DNA of 64,000 nt, from positions 288,001 to 352,000 of the forward strand of contig CAWIKF010000002.1 in NCBI GenBank assembly GCA_963836755.1. The letters are read 5' to 3'. This DNA comes from an uncultured Verrucomicrobiae bacterium (lineage in GTDB: Bacteria > Verrucomicrobiota > Verrucomicrobiia > Chthoniobacterales > Chthoniobacteraceae). Numbering within the stretch: the first letter of the stretch is position 1; the number at the start of each line of letters is the position of its first letter. The translations under genes and the position numbers were made by a program. Under the pieces are notes generated by a model, which had not been told where the DNA came from, did not search any database, and was given only the letters and a program-made list of their open reading frames with translations. This document shows positions 40,425 to 50,743 of the stretch, in pieces.

Positions 40425-41057
40425 TCAGATTCCGCGCGGCGGTGCGGCTGTGCCGAGATGGACGCGGCCGCTGAGCGCGCGGCTCAACGTTAATTCGTCA
40501 GCCGAGTCGAGACCGCCGCCAGCTGGCATTCCCTGCGCGAGGCGCGTCAAAGTTACTGGCAGCTCGCCCAGCAGCTCAGCGAGATAATTCGCCGTCGCCT
40601 CTCCTTCGACATCCGAGCCGAGTGCCAGAATTACTTCGCGCGGCGTTTCGGCTTTGACGCGGTCGATGAGCGCGTCGATACGAAGCTGATCCGGGCCGAT
40701 GTGGTCGAGCGGCGAAATCCGGCCACCGAGCGCGTGATAACGCCCGCGAAAAAGTCCAGTGCGCTCGAGCGGCAAAATATCCGTCGCCATCTCGACCACA
40801 CAAAGCTGCTCGCCCGTCCGCGTTTCGTCCGCGCAGATCGCGCAAACTTTTTCCGCAGTAAAGAAACCGCACTGCGCGCACGGGCGCACCTGCTCGGCGA
40901 CCGCGCGAATCGCCGTGCCGATTTCCGCCGCGCGCGCGTCGCGAGCTTGTGTCATCCAAAGCGCGATCCGCTCCGCGCCGCGCGGGCCGATGCCCGGCAT
41001 CCGCTTGAGCTGCGCGATGAGTTCCTGGATCGCGGCGGGATACTCGACTCGCTTCAA
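40425..41057 (-). CDS. recR: Recombination mediator RecR
   Basis: MPGIGPRGAER, C4 zinc finger CAQC..CAIC, Toprim VEGEATA; TTG start inferred. Confidence 0.95.
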   Translation of the reverse strand: MKRVEYPAAIQELIAQLKRMPGIGPRGAERIALWMTQARDARAAEIGTAIRAVAEQVRPCAQCGFFTAEKVCAICADETRTGEQLCVVEMATDILPLERTGLFRGRYHALGGRISPLDHIGPDQLRIDALIDRVKAETPREVILALGSDVEGEATANYLAELLGELPVTLTRLAQGMPAGGGLDSADELTLSRALSGRVHLGTAAPPRGI

Positions 41058-42307
41058 ATCCGTGCGTTTCGCCACTCGAGCTGCGGCAGGCCTTCGCGCA
41101 GTTGCTCGATGCGGCTGATGTAAAATTTCAACGGCGCATCTTCGCCGCGCGCACTGAGCGCCGCGCGGAAGTGATCGAGCGCGTCGTCCCAAAGCTGCTC
41201 GCGGTAATAGATGATTCCTTTCCAGAATAAATCGCGCCGCTGCAGGTCGTCGTCGGAGAGAACATTTTTGAGCGCGAGCAATTCATAAACTTCCTCGCGC
41301 GTTCGCTCGTCGCGGGTGCGGACGAGCTCCATCGGGCGCACTTCGATGGCGGTGCTGGCGAGCTCAAAAGTGTAGGAACCGATGAGGATGCGCGAGCCGT
41401 AGATCATGTTTGCCGAGCAGAGCCGGCGCGTGAATTCGACGGGCTCTCCGGCGACGCTGAAGGTGCCGAGGCGATGCGAGCCGTAAACGCCGCAGACCAT
41501 TTCCCCGGAGTTCACGCCGACGCGGAAGTCGAGCATCTTGTGCCACTTGGAATGACATTCCTGGTTGAGGTTATCGAGCCGCTGGACCAGTTGCAGAGCG
41601 GCTTCGCAGGCGACGTTCGCATGTTTTTCATCCGGGAGAGGCGAGCCGAAAATGACGCGCAGACTTTCGCCATCGCATTCGTCAAGATATCCGCCGCGCT
41701 CGACGAGAAAATCCGCGCCGGTGCGCAAAAAGAGATTCGTCATCGCCACATATTCAGCCGTCGGCAAGGCGTCCATGAGGTCGTCATGATTGAAAACTTC
41801 GCAGACGATGACCGAAGCAGAGCGGAGTTCGCCGTCAAAGTTCAGCGGCGCGCGCGAATCAACCAATGCCGAAAAAGTTTTGCGCGAAATGCGTTCGCCA
41901 AAGATCAGCCGCAGCATCCGCTTGCGTCCGCCGGCCTCGCTACGCGCATACGCCGCGCCGCCGGCGAACCCGAGCACGACTGCGAGCGACGGCGCGAACG
42001 GCGAAAAAAAGTGGTGATACAAATACAGCACCCACGTGAGTGAAATGACCTCGACGAGCGTGACGACGGCGACGGCGATTTTCATCGAGAACCGACCGAT
42101 GTCGACTGTCGTCCAGACGGTGCCGAAGGCGAGCGCGATGAAGAAAAGATATTGCGCGATCGAGCGCGCCGCTGGCGGGTTCGAGGCCCGGCCGAGGAAA
42201 TTCCAGAGGCCGACATCGAGCCGCAGGAACATCCCCGTGGCGTAAAAACCGGCGACGATCAGGCTGGCGAGCGCGCCGAGAAGCAGTGTGACTTTGAGAT
42301 AACGCAT
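41054..42307 (-). CDS. Membrane-bound class III cyclase-like protein with degenerate active site and C-terminal TPR
   Basis: Four TM helices, FRVGVNSG, GSRILI, GIIYYREQLWDDA; catalytic motifs altered. Confidence 0.8.
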   Translation of the reverse strand: MRYLKVTLLLGALASLIVAGFYATGMFLRLDVGLWNFLGRASNPPAARSIAQYLFFIALAFGTVWTTVDIGRFSMKIAVAVVTLVEVISLTWVLYLYHHFFSPFAPSLAVVLGFAGGAAYARSEAGGRKRMLRLIFGERISRKTFSALVDSRAPLNFDGELRSASVIVCEVFNHDDLMDALPTAEYVAMTNLFLRTGADFLVERGGYLDECDGESLRVIFGSPLPDEKHANVACEAALQLVQRLDNLNQECHSKWHKMLDFRVGVNSGEMVCGVYGSHRLGTFSVAGEPVEFTRRLCSANMIYGSRILIGSYTFELASTAIEVRPMELVRTRDERTREEVYELLALKNVLSDDDLQRRDLFWKGIIYYREQLWDDALDHFRAALSARGEDAPLKFYISRIEQLREGLPQLEWRNARI

Positions 42308-42362
42308 GGCAAATTCCCCTCCGTGCCCCCGCCTTTCGCGGTGCCGTGAGCGGCCCGAGCTT

Positions 42363-43928
42363 TTAGCCTTTCCGATATGCTTTGACCAGCCACTCGCTCA
42401 AGAATTTGTCCGGCTCGTCAATCGCCTCCGCCGTCAGAATCAGCGTCTCGCCGCTTCCCTGCGCCAGCCTCAGGCCGAATTCGTAGTCTTTGAAAAGGCG
42501 CTCGCACAGGTCGCGCATGTGCGTCTGCTCGTGCTCCGCGCGTGCGACCAGCCGCGCTAGCGCGTCGTCGCTGAACTCGATCCGCACGTGATGCTTCTCC
42601 GTGAAACGCTGCGCGAACTCGCGCGCGATCGCCGCCAGCGCCTCCTGCTTTTCATGATGGCCGATCTCGAGCAACTTTTTCAAAACCGCCGCCGGCTCAT
42701 CGATCAACGTCGCGTCCACGCTGAAACGCTTCACGCCGGAGCCGGGCAATTCGTATTTGAACTGCCGCAGAATTTTCTCGCAGACCGTTAACAACCCGCG
42801 CGCGCCTGTTTTTTCCTCCGCCGCAAGCTGCGCGATCCGCCACAGCGCCTCGTCCTCGAAAAAAACTTCGATCCCATACGCGCGAAACGCGCGCTCGTAT
42901 TGCCGGATGATGCTCCCTTCCGAGCGTTTCATGATCTGGAATAAATCGGGCACCGTCAGCTCCTCGCACACCACGCGCACCGGAAGCCGGCCGATGAATT
43001 CCGGCTCAAAACCGTAGTCGATGAAGTCGCGCGTGGTCGCTTTCTTGAAAAGTTCGATGTCCTCGACATCGCCCGCGGGCGCTGCTGTGAAGCCGATCCG
43101 CGATTGTTTCACCCGCTGCTCGATCACTGATTTCAATTTCTCAAACGCCCCGCTGACGATGAAGAGCACGTGCCGCGTGTTGATCGTCTCGCGCTTCGGC
43201 TTGCCACCCGATTTTTGAAATTCCATCGCCGCCTGGAGCTGCCCCTGAATATCCATCGGATTGCGCAGCGGCACGTCCGTTTCCTCCATCAATTTCAGCA
43301 GCGTCGTCTGCACACCGCGGCCGCTCACGTCGCGTCCGCCCGCGTTCGACGCCGCGGCGATCTTGTCGATTTCATCGATGTAAATGATCCCGTATTGCGC
43401 GAGGCCGACGTCGCCGCCGGCCTTTTGCACGAGGTCGCGCACGAGGTCCTCGACATCGCCGCCGACGTAGCCGGTCTCGCTGAATTTTGTCGCGTCCGCC
43501 TTTACAAACGGCACGCCGATCAGCTCGGCGACGTGCTTGATCAAATAGGTTTTTCCGACGCCGGTCGGGCCGATGAGGATCACGTTCTGCTTCGCGTATT
43601 CCAGCTCGCGCGCCCTCTTTTCATCCCGCGCCTCGAGCTCGCGCACATGATTGACGTTGTTATAATGATCGCAAACAGCGATCGCGAGCACCTTTTTGGC
43701 CTCGTCCTGCTTGATCACGAACCGGTCGAGATACGCCTTGATGTCGCGCGGGAGATGATCAAAGGCGAATGCGGCCGGCTCGTCGGGCGTGCGGTCGCTC
43801 TCTGCCGCCTCATCCTGCTGCGGCGCAAGATTCGTCTGGATGGACACGTGCTCCCCGAACTGGTTCTTCATGAACTCGGACAACTTTTTTTGCAGCTCCT
43901 CCGGAGTCGGAAAATTCGGCTCACTCAT
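42363..43928 (-). CDS. ClpX-like AAA+ ATPase, atypical paralogue
   Basis: GPTGVGKT, GYVG, IDEIDKI, RDVSGRGVQ, IGF, PEFIGRLP, GARGL; no N-terminal zinc finger. Confidence 0.9.
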   Translation of the reverse strand: MSEPNFPTPEELQKKLSEFMKNQFGEHVSIQTNLAPQQDEAAESDRTPDEPAAFAFDHLPRDIKAYLDRFVIKQDEAKKVLAIAVCDHYNNVNHVRELEARDEKRARELEYAKQNVILIGPTGVGKTYLIKHVAELIGVPFVKADATKFSETGYVGGDVEDLVRDLVQKAGGDVGLAQYGIIYIDEIDKIAAASNAGGRDVSGRGVQTTLLKLMEETDVPLRNPMDIQGQLQAAMEFQKSGGKPKRETINTRHVLFIVSGAFEKLKSVIEQRVKQSRIGFTAAPAGDVEDIELFKKATTRDFIDYGFEPEFIGRLPVRVVCEELTVPDLFQIMKRSEGSIIRQYERAFRAYGIEVFFEDEALWRIAQLAAEEKTGARGLLTVCEKILRQFKYELPGSGVKRFSVDATLIDEPAAVLKKLLEIGHHEKQEALAAIAREFAQRFTEKHHVRIEFSDDALARLVARAEHEQTHMRDLCERLFKDYEFGLRLAQGSGETLILTAEAIDEPDKFLSEWLVKAYRKG

Positions 43929-44087
43929 AGACGCAAACTTAGCACCGCTGACGCCGGTCGCAACGGCTTCACAAGGCTCTGCCCCGCAATGAAAATAGCT
44001 CGCCCATGGAGGAAGCTCGAATAACTCCATCCGGTGCTTCGATGAAAACGCCGCGCGGAATTTCCCAAAGCTGCTAGCGTAAAAAAA

Positions 44088-44837
44088 ATGCGCGCCTACG
44101 TCATCAATCTGGATTCGGCGCAGGATCGCTGGGCATTCATGAAACGCGCCTTTGCCGAAACGAGTTTCGAACTTTGCCGCGTTCCGGCAGTCGATGGCAT
44201 GAGCCTGAAATTTCCCGTCGAAGATTATTCCGAAAGCCTTTACCACCGATTCCACGGCCGGCCCACAAACCCGCGGATCGTCGGCTGCTACTTCAGCCAT
44301 GTGCGCGCGATGCAGGCGTTTCTCGCCACGGAAGATTCGCACGCGTTGATTTGCGAGGACGATCTGACGCTGCACGCTGGATTTGAGGCTGCGGTGGATG
44401 CCGCTCTGCTCCACGCGCGGCATTGGAATATTTTGCGACTCTCCGGCCTGAGCCGCGGCCAGCCGTATCGCGTCGCGCGGTTGACGGGCGATTACGAATT
44501 GAACGTGAATTTCGCTCGCTTGAAAGGTCTCGGCGCTTACATCGTCGACCGCGCCGCGGCCCGCGCGACGGTCACGCGGCTGCTCCCGATGTATCTGCCG
44601 ATCGATCACGCGCTGGATCGCGAGTGGTTCTACGGCCTGCGTGCTGCGTGCATCCTCCCTTTTCCCGTCTCGCAAAGTGACAGCGGATTTCGCTCGTCGA
44701 TCCAGGTCGGGAAATCGCTGAAACTTTCCCCGCTGCGGCGCTGGATGACGACCTATCCGTTCCAAGTTTTCAACGAACTCACGCGCTGGCTGTTTCGCTT
44801 TTCCTCTTTCCTCACGATGAAGCTCGCGATGGATTGA
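44088..44837 (+). CDS. Glycosyltransferase family 25
   Basis: YVINL..DR, AVDG, GCYFSH, ICEDD, PID. Confidence 0.9.
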   Translation: MRAYVINLDSAQDRWAFMKRAFAETSFELCRVPAVDGMSLKFPVEDYSESLYHRFHGRPTNPRIVGCYFSHVRAMQAFLATEDSHALICEDDLTLHAGFEAAVDAALLHARHWNILRLSGLSRGQPYRVARLTGDYELNVNFARLKGLGAYIVDRAAARATVTRLLPMYLPIDHALDREWFYGLRAACILPFPVSQSDSGFRSSIQVGKSLKLSPLRRWMTTYPFQVFNELTRWLFRFSSFLTMKLAMD

Positions 44838-44901
44838 AAAAACTCGCATCCGGGCAAAAGTTGCGTGCCGGCCTCCGTTGCGGGAATTTGTGACCGTGAA
44901 A

Positions 44902-45345
44902 ATGCGAGCGCGAGATATTTCCACCAAAGTCGCGACGGCGGAAGTGCGTGCAGTTTACGCGGAGCTCGCGCGGCGCCCGATCGAGCGCGCGTGCGTGCGG
45001 CGCACCGGCTGCTGCCATTTCAAGCTCACCGGCCGCACCCCGTTTTTGACGCGCGGCGAAGCGGTCGTCGCTGCGAATGCGCTGCGGGCGAGTGGTCGGA
45101 AAAAGTTGCCGCAGCGCGCGGATGGAGCCTGCCCGTTGCTCGGCGAGCAAGGCCAGTGCTTGATCTACGACGGCCGGCCGTTTGGCTGCCGCACGCATTT
45201 TTGCGCAGCGGCCGGCGGTGATTATGAACGGCGTGCAGTGCTCGATTTGATCCGCCGCCTCGAAAACGTTGACGCGCAACTCGGCGGCGATGGCGCTCGT
45301 GCGTTGCCGGCCGCGGTTGCCGACGCGCTCGAAACGTTGCGTTGA
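44902..45345 (+). CDS. YkgJ family cysteine-cluster protein
   Basis: C..GCC, CPLL, CLIY..RPFGCR..FC. Confidence 0.85.
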   Translation: MRARDISTKVATAEVRAVYAELARRPIERACVRRTGCCHFKLTGRTPFLTRGEAVVAANALRASGRKKLPQRADGACPLLGEQGQCLIYDGRPFGCRTHFCAAAGGDYERRAVLDLIRRLENVDAQLGGDGARALPAAVADALETLR

Positions 45346-45349
45346 ACGC

Positions 45350-46432
45350 ATGTTGACGAACCGCAAAATCATCCATCTCGACATGGACTGCTTTTACGCG
45401 GCGATCGAGGTGCGCGATCACCCGGAATTGCGCGGCAAACCGATCGGCGTCGGCGGCGCGCGCGACCGGCGCGGCGTGCTCACAACCGCGTCGTATGAAG
45501 CGCGCGAATTCGGAGTCCGCTCGGCGATGCCGACTTTCATCGCGTTGCAAAAATGTCCGCAGCTCATCGTCGTGCCGACGCGATTTGACATTTATCGCCA
45601 GGACTCGCAGCGCATCCGCGAAATCTTTCGCACCTTCACAGAAATCATCGAGCCGCTCTCGCTCGACGAGGCATTTCTCGACGTCTCGCATCTGCCTTAC
45701 GAGCCGGCGGCGGTGGCCTCAGAAATTCGCGCGCGCATCTTTGACGAGACAAAATTAACCGCATCCGCCGGCATCGCGCCAAACAAAATGCTGGCAAAAA
45801 TCGCCAGCGATTTAAACAAGCCGAATGGACAGTTTGAGATCGAGCCGCACGCGGTCGCGGCATTCATGCGCGAACTTTCCGTCCGCAAAATCTGGGGCAT
45901 TGGCGCGGTCTCCGCAGAAAAACTCGAACGGCGCGGAATCAAGACCTGTGGCCACTTGCAGCGGTTTTCGCGGATCGAGCTGCACGGGATGTTCGGCAAA
46001 TTTGGGCTCGAACTTTTTGAACTTTGCCGTGGCATTGACGACCGGGAAGTCGAGCCGCATCGCGAGCGTAAATCGCTGAGCACGGAACGAACTTTTTCCC
46101 AAAATCTCGCGACGCTGGCGGAGTGCGAGGAGCGGCTCGCGGAGCTGCATGAGGAATTGCTGGCCGATCTCGCACGCGCTCGCGAGCCGCGCGCGGTGCA
46201 CAAACTTTTTGTGAAGTTAAAGTTCGCCGATTTTTCACGCACGACTGCGGAATGCGTCGGCGACGAGCCGGCGCTGGAGCGCTTTCAAAATCTGCTCGCG
46301 GAAGCATTTCATCGCAGCCGGCAGACGATTCGGCTGATGGGCCTCGGTGTTCGCTTTGCGCCGATGTCGCGTGCGGAGGCGCAGCTCGAGCTCAGGCTGG
46401 CCGCGCCCGCGGAAGATGGCATGCTCGCGTGA
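45350..46432 (+). CDS. dinB: DNA polymerase IV
   Basis: HLDMDCFYAAIE, SYEAREFG, SLDEAFLD, AKIASD..KP. Confidence 0.97.
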   Translation: MLTNRKIIHLDMDCFYAAIEVRDHPELRGKPIGVGGARDRRGVLTTASYEAREFGVRSAMPTFIALQKCPQLIVVPTRFDIYRQDSQRIREIFRTFTEIIEPLSLDEAFLDVSHLPYEPAAVASEIRARIFDETKLTASAGIAPNKMLAKIASDLNKPNGQFEIEPHAVAAFMRELSVRKIWGIGAVSAEKLERRGIKTCGHLQRFSRIELHGMFGKFGLELFELCRGIDDREVEPHRERKSLSTERTFSQNLATLAECEERLAELHEELLADLARAREPRAVHKLFVKLKFADFSRTTAECVGDEPALERFQNLLAEAFHRSRQTIRLMGLGVRFAPMSRAEAQLELRLAAPAEDGMLA

Positions 46433-46992
46433 TGAAAATTGTCCTGGCCGCGACCGGCGCAAGCGGCGCGATTTATTTGCAGCGGCTGCTCGATGCGGTC
46501 GATCCGAGCGCGCACGAAATCCATCTCGTGCTCAGCGGCCACGCGCGGCAGGTGATCGCGGAGGAGATCGATGAATTGCGCGTGCCGGCCGGTGTGATCG
46601 AGCATTCCGATGGCGCGGGAATGCACGTGCCGTTTGTGAGCGGCTCGGCAAAGTTTGACGCCATGGTGATCGTGCCGTGCTCGATGGGAACGCTCGGCCG
46701 CATCGCCGCGGGCACCAGCGAGACGACGGTTTTGCGCGCGGCGGATGTGTTTTTGAAAGAGCGGCGGAAATTGATCCTCGTGCCGCGCGAGACGCCCTGG
46801 AGCTTGATTCACGCGCGAAATGTGGTGGCAGTGACCGAGGCCGGCGCGGTGGTTTTGCCGGCGTCGCCATCGTTTTACAGTAGACCAAAAACCGCTAACG
46901 ATGTGGCGGATACGGTCGTGTCGCGCATCCTCGATCAACTCGGATTGGAAAATCCGCGGGCGTTCCGTTGGCTGCAGCAGTCGAGCGAGTAG
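46432..46992 (+). CDS. ubiX: Flavin prenyltransferase UbiX
   Basis: [38 protein letters not shown]. Confidence 0.95.
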   Translation: MKIVLAATGASGAIYLQRLLDAVDPSAHEIHLVLSGHARQVIAEEIDELRVPAGVIEHSDGAGMHVPFVSGSAKFDAMVIVPCSMGTLGRIAAGTSETTVLRAADVFLKERRKLILVPRETPWSLIHARNVVAVTEAGAVVLPASPSFYSRPKTANDVADTVVSRILDQLGLENPRAFRWLQQSSE

Positions 46993-47030
46993 TTGGCAAG
47001 CCGCGAGCCAGCGCGCATATTTTTCCGCGA

Positions 47031-48233
47031 ATGAAAAATGCGTTCGACAGCATCGAAGATGTAATCGCCGATATTCGCGCCGGGCGGATGGTCATCGTCG
47101 TCGACGATGAGGATCGCGAGAACGAAGGCGACCTCGTGATGGCCGCGGAAAAAGCGACGCCGGAAGCTGTGAATTTCATGGCGAAACATGGGCGCGGCTT
47201 GATCTGCGTGCCGCTGGTCGAGGAGCGCGCGGCGGCGCTCGGGCTTCAGCGGATGGTGCTGGATAATCGCGAAAGCCAGCGCACGGATTTCACCGTGTCG
47301 GTCGATGCGGCGCAGGATGTGACCACGGGAATCAGCGCCGCGGATCGCGCGCGGACGATCCAGATTTTGGCCGATCCGAAATCGGTTTCGCGCGATCTAG
47401 TGCAACCGGGTCACGTGTTTCCGTTGCGCGCGAAACCCGGCGGCGTCTTGCGCCGCGCGGGACACACGGAAGCGGCGATGGATTTGCCGCGGCTGGCCGG
47501 ACTGCAACCGGCGGGCGTGCTTTGCGAGATTTTGCACGAGGATGGGTCGATGGCGCGGTTGCCGGAATTGCTTCGCTACAAAAAAAAGCACGGGCTAAAA
47601 ATTTGCACGATCCAGCATTTGATCGCGCACCGGCGGCTGCGCGAGAAGCTGGTGGCGAGCGAACAGGTGATCAAGATGCCGACGGAATTCGGAGACTTCG
47701 ATTTGCACATGTATCGCAGTTTGCTCGACGACACGCATCACCTCGCGCTAGTCAAAGGCTCGATCGCAAAGGCGAAGCCGACGCTGGTGCGCGTGCACAG
47801 CGAATGTTTAACAGGCGATGTCTTCGGCTCGCTGCGCTGCGATTGCGGCAATCAACTCCACGCGGCGCTCGAGCAAATCAACGCAGCGGGGAGCGGCGTG
47901 CTCGTTTACATGCGCCGGCACGAAGGGCGCGGGATCGGACTGCCGGCAAAAATTCACGCGTATAAATTGCAGGAGCAGGGGCTCGATACCGTGGAGGCGA
48001 ACGAGCGGCTCGGATTTCCCGGCGAGTTGCGCGATTACGGCATCGGCGCGCAAATTCTCGTCGATCTCGGCGTGCGGAAAATGCGTTTTTTGACGAACAA
48101 TCCGAAAAAAGTAGTTGGGCTCGAAGGTTACGGCCTCGAGATCGTGGAGCTGGTGCCGATCAAGTCGAAATCGAATCCGCACAACGAAAAATATCTCGAG
48201 ACGAAGCGCGTAAAAATGGGGCATCTGCTTTGA
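47031..48233 (+). CDS. ribBA: DHBP synthase / GTP cyclohydrolase II
   Basis: [41 protein letters not shown]. Confidence 0.97.
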   Translation: MKNAFDSIEDVIADIRAGRMVIVVDDEDRENEGDLVMAAEKATPEAVNFMAKHGRGLICVPLVEERAAALGLQRMVLDNRESQRTDFTVSVDAAQDVTTGISAADRARTIQILADPKSVSRDLVQPGHVFPLRAKPGGVLRRAGHTEAAMDLPRLAGLQPAGVLCEILHEDGSMARLPELLRYKKKHGLKICTIQHLIAHRRLREKLVASEQVIKMPTEFGDFDLHMYRSLLDDTHHLALVKGSIAKAKPTLVRVHSECLTGDVFGSLRCDCGNQLHAALEQINAAGSGVLVYMRRHEGRGIGLPAKIHAYKLQEQGLDTVEANERLGFPGELRDYGIGAQILVDLGVRKMRFLTNNPKKVVGLEGYGLEIVELVPIKSKSNPHNEKYLETKRVKMGHLL

Positions 48234-48319
48234 TTGCGAGTTGCGGAGTTTGCGGAGCGGACTAGCTTGCGCGCTTGCGCCGGCGGATGCGCGGCGTCAA
48301 TCTCGGAGCGAATTTTTTC

Positions 48320-48796
48320 ATGGCAAATTACATTCAAAATCGTCCGCGCCAGATCGTGCAGCGGCACTCGTTTGCGATCGTGGCCAGCGAATACAATGAC
48401 GGTTATGTGCAGGGATTGATCGACCACGCGCTCGCCGAGCTACAGGCGCTGGTGCCGAATCCGATCGTCGCGATTCACCGCGTCCCGGGCGCGTTTGAGA
48501 TCCCACTTTTCGTGCAAGAAATTGCGGAGCAAAAAGAGGCGGACGCGATCCTGGCGCTCGGTGTGATCATTCAAGGCCAGACGATGCACGCCGATCTGAT
48601 CGGGACGGCGATCACGACTGCGCTGCTGCAGTTTAACCTGCATTATCGGATCCCGATCATCCACGAAGTTTTGCTCGTGGAGGATGAGGCGCAGGCGCAG
48701 GTGCGCTGCCTCGAGCCGGACTTTAATCGCGGCACGGAAGCGGCGCGCGCAGCGGTGCGGATGCTGCAGGTGTTAAAACAGCTGAAGGGACGTTGA
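48320..48796 (+). CDS. ribH: 6,7-dimethyl-8-ribityllumazine synthase
   Basis: VPGAFEIP, LGVIIQGQTMH; between ribBA and nusB. Confidence 0.93.
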   Translation: MANYIQNRPRQIVQRHSFAIVASEYNDGYVQGLIDHALAELQALVPNPIVAIHRVPGAFEIPLFVQEIAEQKEADAILALGVIIQGQTMHADLIGTAITTALLQFNLHYRIPIIHEVLLVEDEAQAQVRCLEPDFNRGTEAARAAVRMLQVLKQLKGR

Positions 48797-48803
48797 CGCT
48801 CGG

Positions 48804-49220
48804 ATGGGCAAACGTCGCGAAGGCCGTGAGGCCGCCATTCAATTTTTGTTTCAGCGCGATTTGAACTCCAGCGACGAGCGCGAATCGCTCGAGCATTTTT
48901 GGGCTTTGCGTCCGGCGACCAATGCGACGCGCGAGTTTGCGAATGCGTTGATTCATGGCGTGATCGCGCAGCAGCCGGCGATCGACGAGCGCATCCAAAA
49001 CTTTTCGGCGAATTACGAGCTGCATCGGCTCGCGGCGGTGGATCGCAACATTTTGCGCGTCGCGATTTACGAGATGATTTTCACCGAGGGCGTGCCGCCG
49101 GTGGTTTCGATCAATGAAGCGATCGAAATCGCCAAACGCTTTGGCAGCGAGGAATCGAGCCGCTTCGTCAATGGAATCCTCGATCGCGTAAAAAGTGAGC
49201 TGAGCCGGCCGCTGCGTTAG
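48804..49220 (+). CDS. nusB: Transcription antitermination factor NusB
   Basis: RREGRE, DRNILR, INEAIEIAK, FVNGILD. Confidence 0.96.
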   Translation: MGKRREGREAAIQFLFQRDLNSSDERESLEHFWALRPATNATREFANALIHGVIAQQPAIDERIQNFSANYELHRLAAVDRNILRVAIYEMIFTEGVPPVVSINEAIEIAKRFGSEESSRFVNGILDRVKSELSRPLR

Positions 49221-49232
49221 AAATTTTTGGTC

Positions 49233-50081
49233 ATGCCGCTCGGTTTTTTCAAATCGATCATCCAAAAGTTTTCGGCGAAGCCCGTCGATTGGGACGAGCT
49301 GGAGGAAACTTTGATCCGCGCGGATCTCGGCGTTTCGATGTCCATGAAAATTTTGAATTCGCTGCGCGCGCGCGCGGAGCAAATCACAACGCGCGACATC
49401 ATCGAGGCGACGCGCGAGGAGGTCGCGCGCGTGCTGCCGCTCGATCATCTCGAGCTGCGGCCGCTGGCGGCGAAGCCGAAAGTTGTGATGGTCGTCGGCG
49501 TCAACGGCACCGGCAAGACGACGTCGATCGCGAAGCTCGCGCATTTTTTAAAAACGAACCGGCACAGTGTGATGCTTTGCGCGGCGGATACTTTTCGCGC
49601 GGCGGCGATCGAGCAGCTCGGCGTGTGGGCCGGCCGCATCGGCGTGGAGATGATCAAGGGCCAATACAACGCCGATCCCGCCGCGCTTTGCTACGATGCG
49701 TATGTCGCGGCGGACAAAAAAGACGTGGAGTTTTTGCTCTGCGACACGGCGGGTCGGCTGCACACGAAAATCAATTTGATGGCCGAGCTGGAAAAAGTGA
49801 AACGGACACTCGCGAAGCACGACAGCGCCGCGCCGCACGAGACGTTGCTCGTCGTCGATGCGACCACGGGCAGCAATGCATTGTCGCAGGCGCGCGAGTT
49901 TCAGCAGGCCGTCGGCCTGACCGGCGTGGTCGTCACGAAGCTCGATGGCAGCGGCAAAGGCGGGGTCGTGATCGCGATTCAAAACGAGCTCAATATTCCG
50001 ACGCGCTACATTGGCACCGGCGAAAAACTCGAGGATTTTGCGCCATTCGACGGCCGCAGTTTCATCGAGAAAATGATGTAG
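49233..50081 (+). CDS. ftsY: SRP receptor FtsY (NG domain only)
   Basis: GVNGTGKTTSIAKLA, DTFRAAA, DTAGRL, TKLDGSGKGG. Confidence 0.96.
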   Translation: MPLGFFKSIIQKFSAKPVDWDELEETLIRADLGVSMSMKILNSLRARAEQITTRDIIEATREEVARVLPLDHLELRPLAAKPKVVMVVGVNGTGKTTSIAKLAHFLKTNRHSVMLCAADTFRAAAIEQLGVWAGRIGVEMIKGQYNADPAALCYDAYVAADKKDVEFLLCDTAGRLHTKINLMAELEKVKRTLAKHDSAAPHETLLVVDATTGSNALSQAREFQQAVGLTGVVVTKLDGSGKGGVVIAIQNELNIPTRYIGTGEKLEDFAPFDGRSFIEKMM

Positions 50082-50154
<73 letters not shown>

Positions 50155-50251
50155 GCGCACATTTTAAACGCGCGACGTGAAATTGCGAACAAATCGAAAG
50201 CGCGCGAGGCAAGGCTTGCCAAGGCGAAACGGAAGTGACATTTCTTTTGCG

Positions 50252-50740
50252 ATGACTCGCTTTCTCCCAGCTGTCTGCGCGTTGTTTTTGGCGACGGCAG
50301 CGTTCGCGCAGGATGCGGCTTCGTCGCCGGCGAGTGATGACTTGCACACGCTTCGGCAGTTGATCGAGCAGCAGTCGAAACAGATCGAAACGCTCACCCA
50401 GCAAGTGGCGAAGTTGACGCAACTTTTGGACAATCATCCGTCGGTGGCAGCGGCTGCGACGCCGGCGGTGCAAAACATGCCGCCCGCGCAGGAAGGTGCC
50501 GCGACGGCGCCGACGGAGAGTTTGCCCAAGCCCGAAACGGTGGTGGCTCCCGACGGAAGCGCGCAGCATGTGGTTTCCAAAGGTGAGACTTTGATTTCAA
50601 TCGCGAGGCATTATAAAGTGAGCGTCGGCGAACTTTTGAAGGTGAACAAAATCGAGGACGCCCGAAAATTACAGATCGGGCAAACTCTGATCGTGCCCGC
50701 CTCGAAGCCGGCCGAATCCCCAAACGAAAACAAATTATAA
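50252..50740 (+). CDS. Secreted LysM domain protein
   Basis: Signal peptide, coiled coil, HVVSKGETLISIARHY..N..LQIGQTLIVP. Confidence 0.9.
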   Translation: MTRFLPAVCALFLATAAFAQDAASSPASDDLHTLRQLIEQQSKQIETLTQQVAKLTQLLDNHPSVAAAATPAVQNMPPAQEGAATAPTESLPKPETVVAPDGSAQHVVSKGETLISIARHYKVSVGELLKVNKIEDARKLQIGQTLIVPASKPAESPNENKL

Positions 50741-50743
50741 ACA

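Noticed and set aside
42363..44927. 854-aa ClpX ORF and 617-aa oxidoreductase ORF (14843) as fusion proteins
   Set aside because: The extensions overlap genuine opposite-strand genes; real starts are 43928 and 15521
45335..45348. SOS box before dinB (CGTTG-CGTT-GAACG)
   Set aside because: Three mismatches to the TGTTC-N4-GAACA Verrucomicrobia LexA motif as I recall it, and mostly inside the upstream CDS
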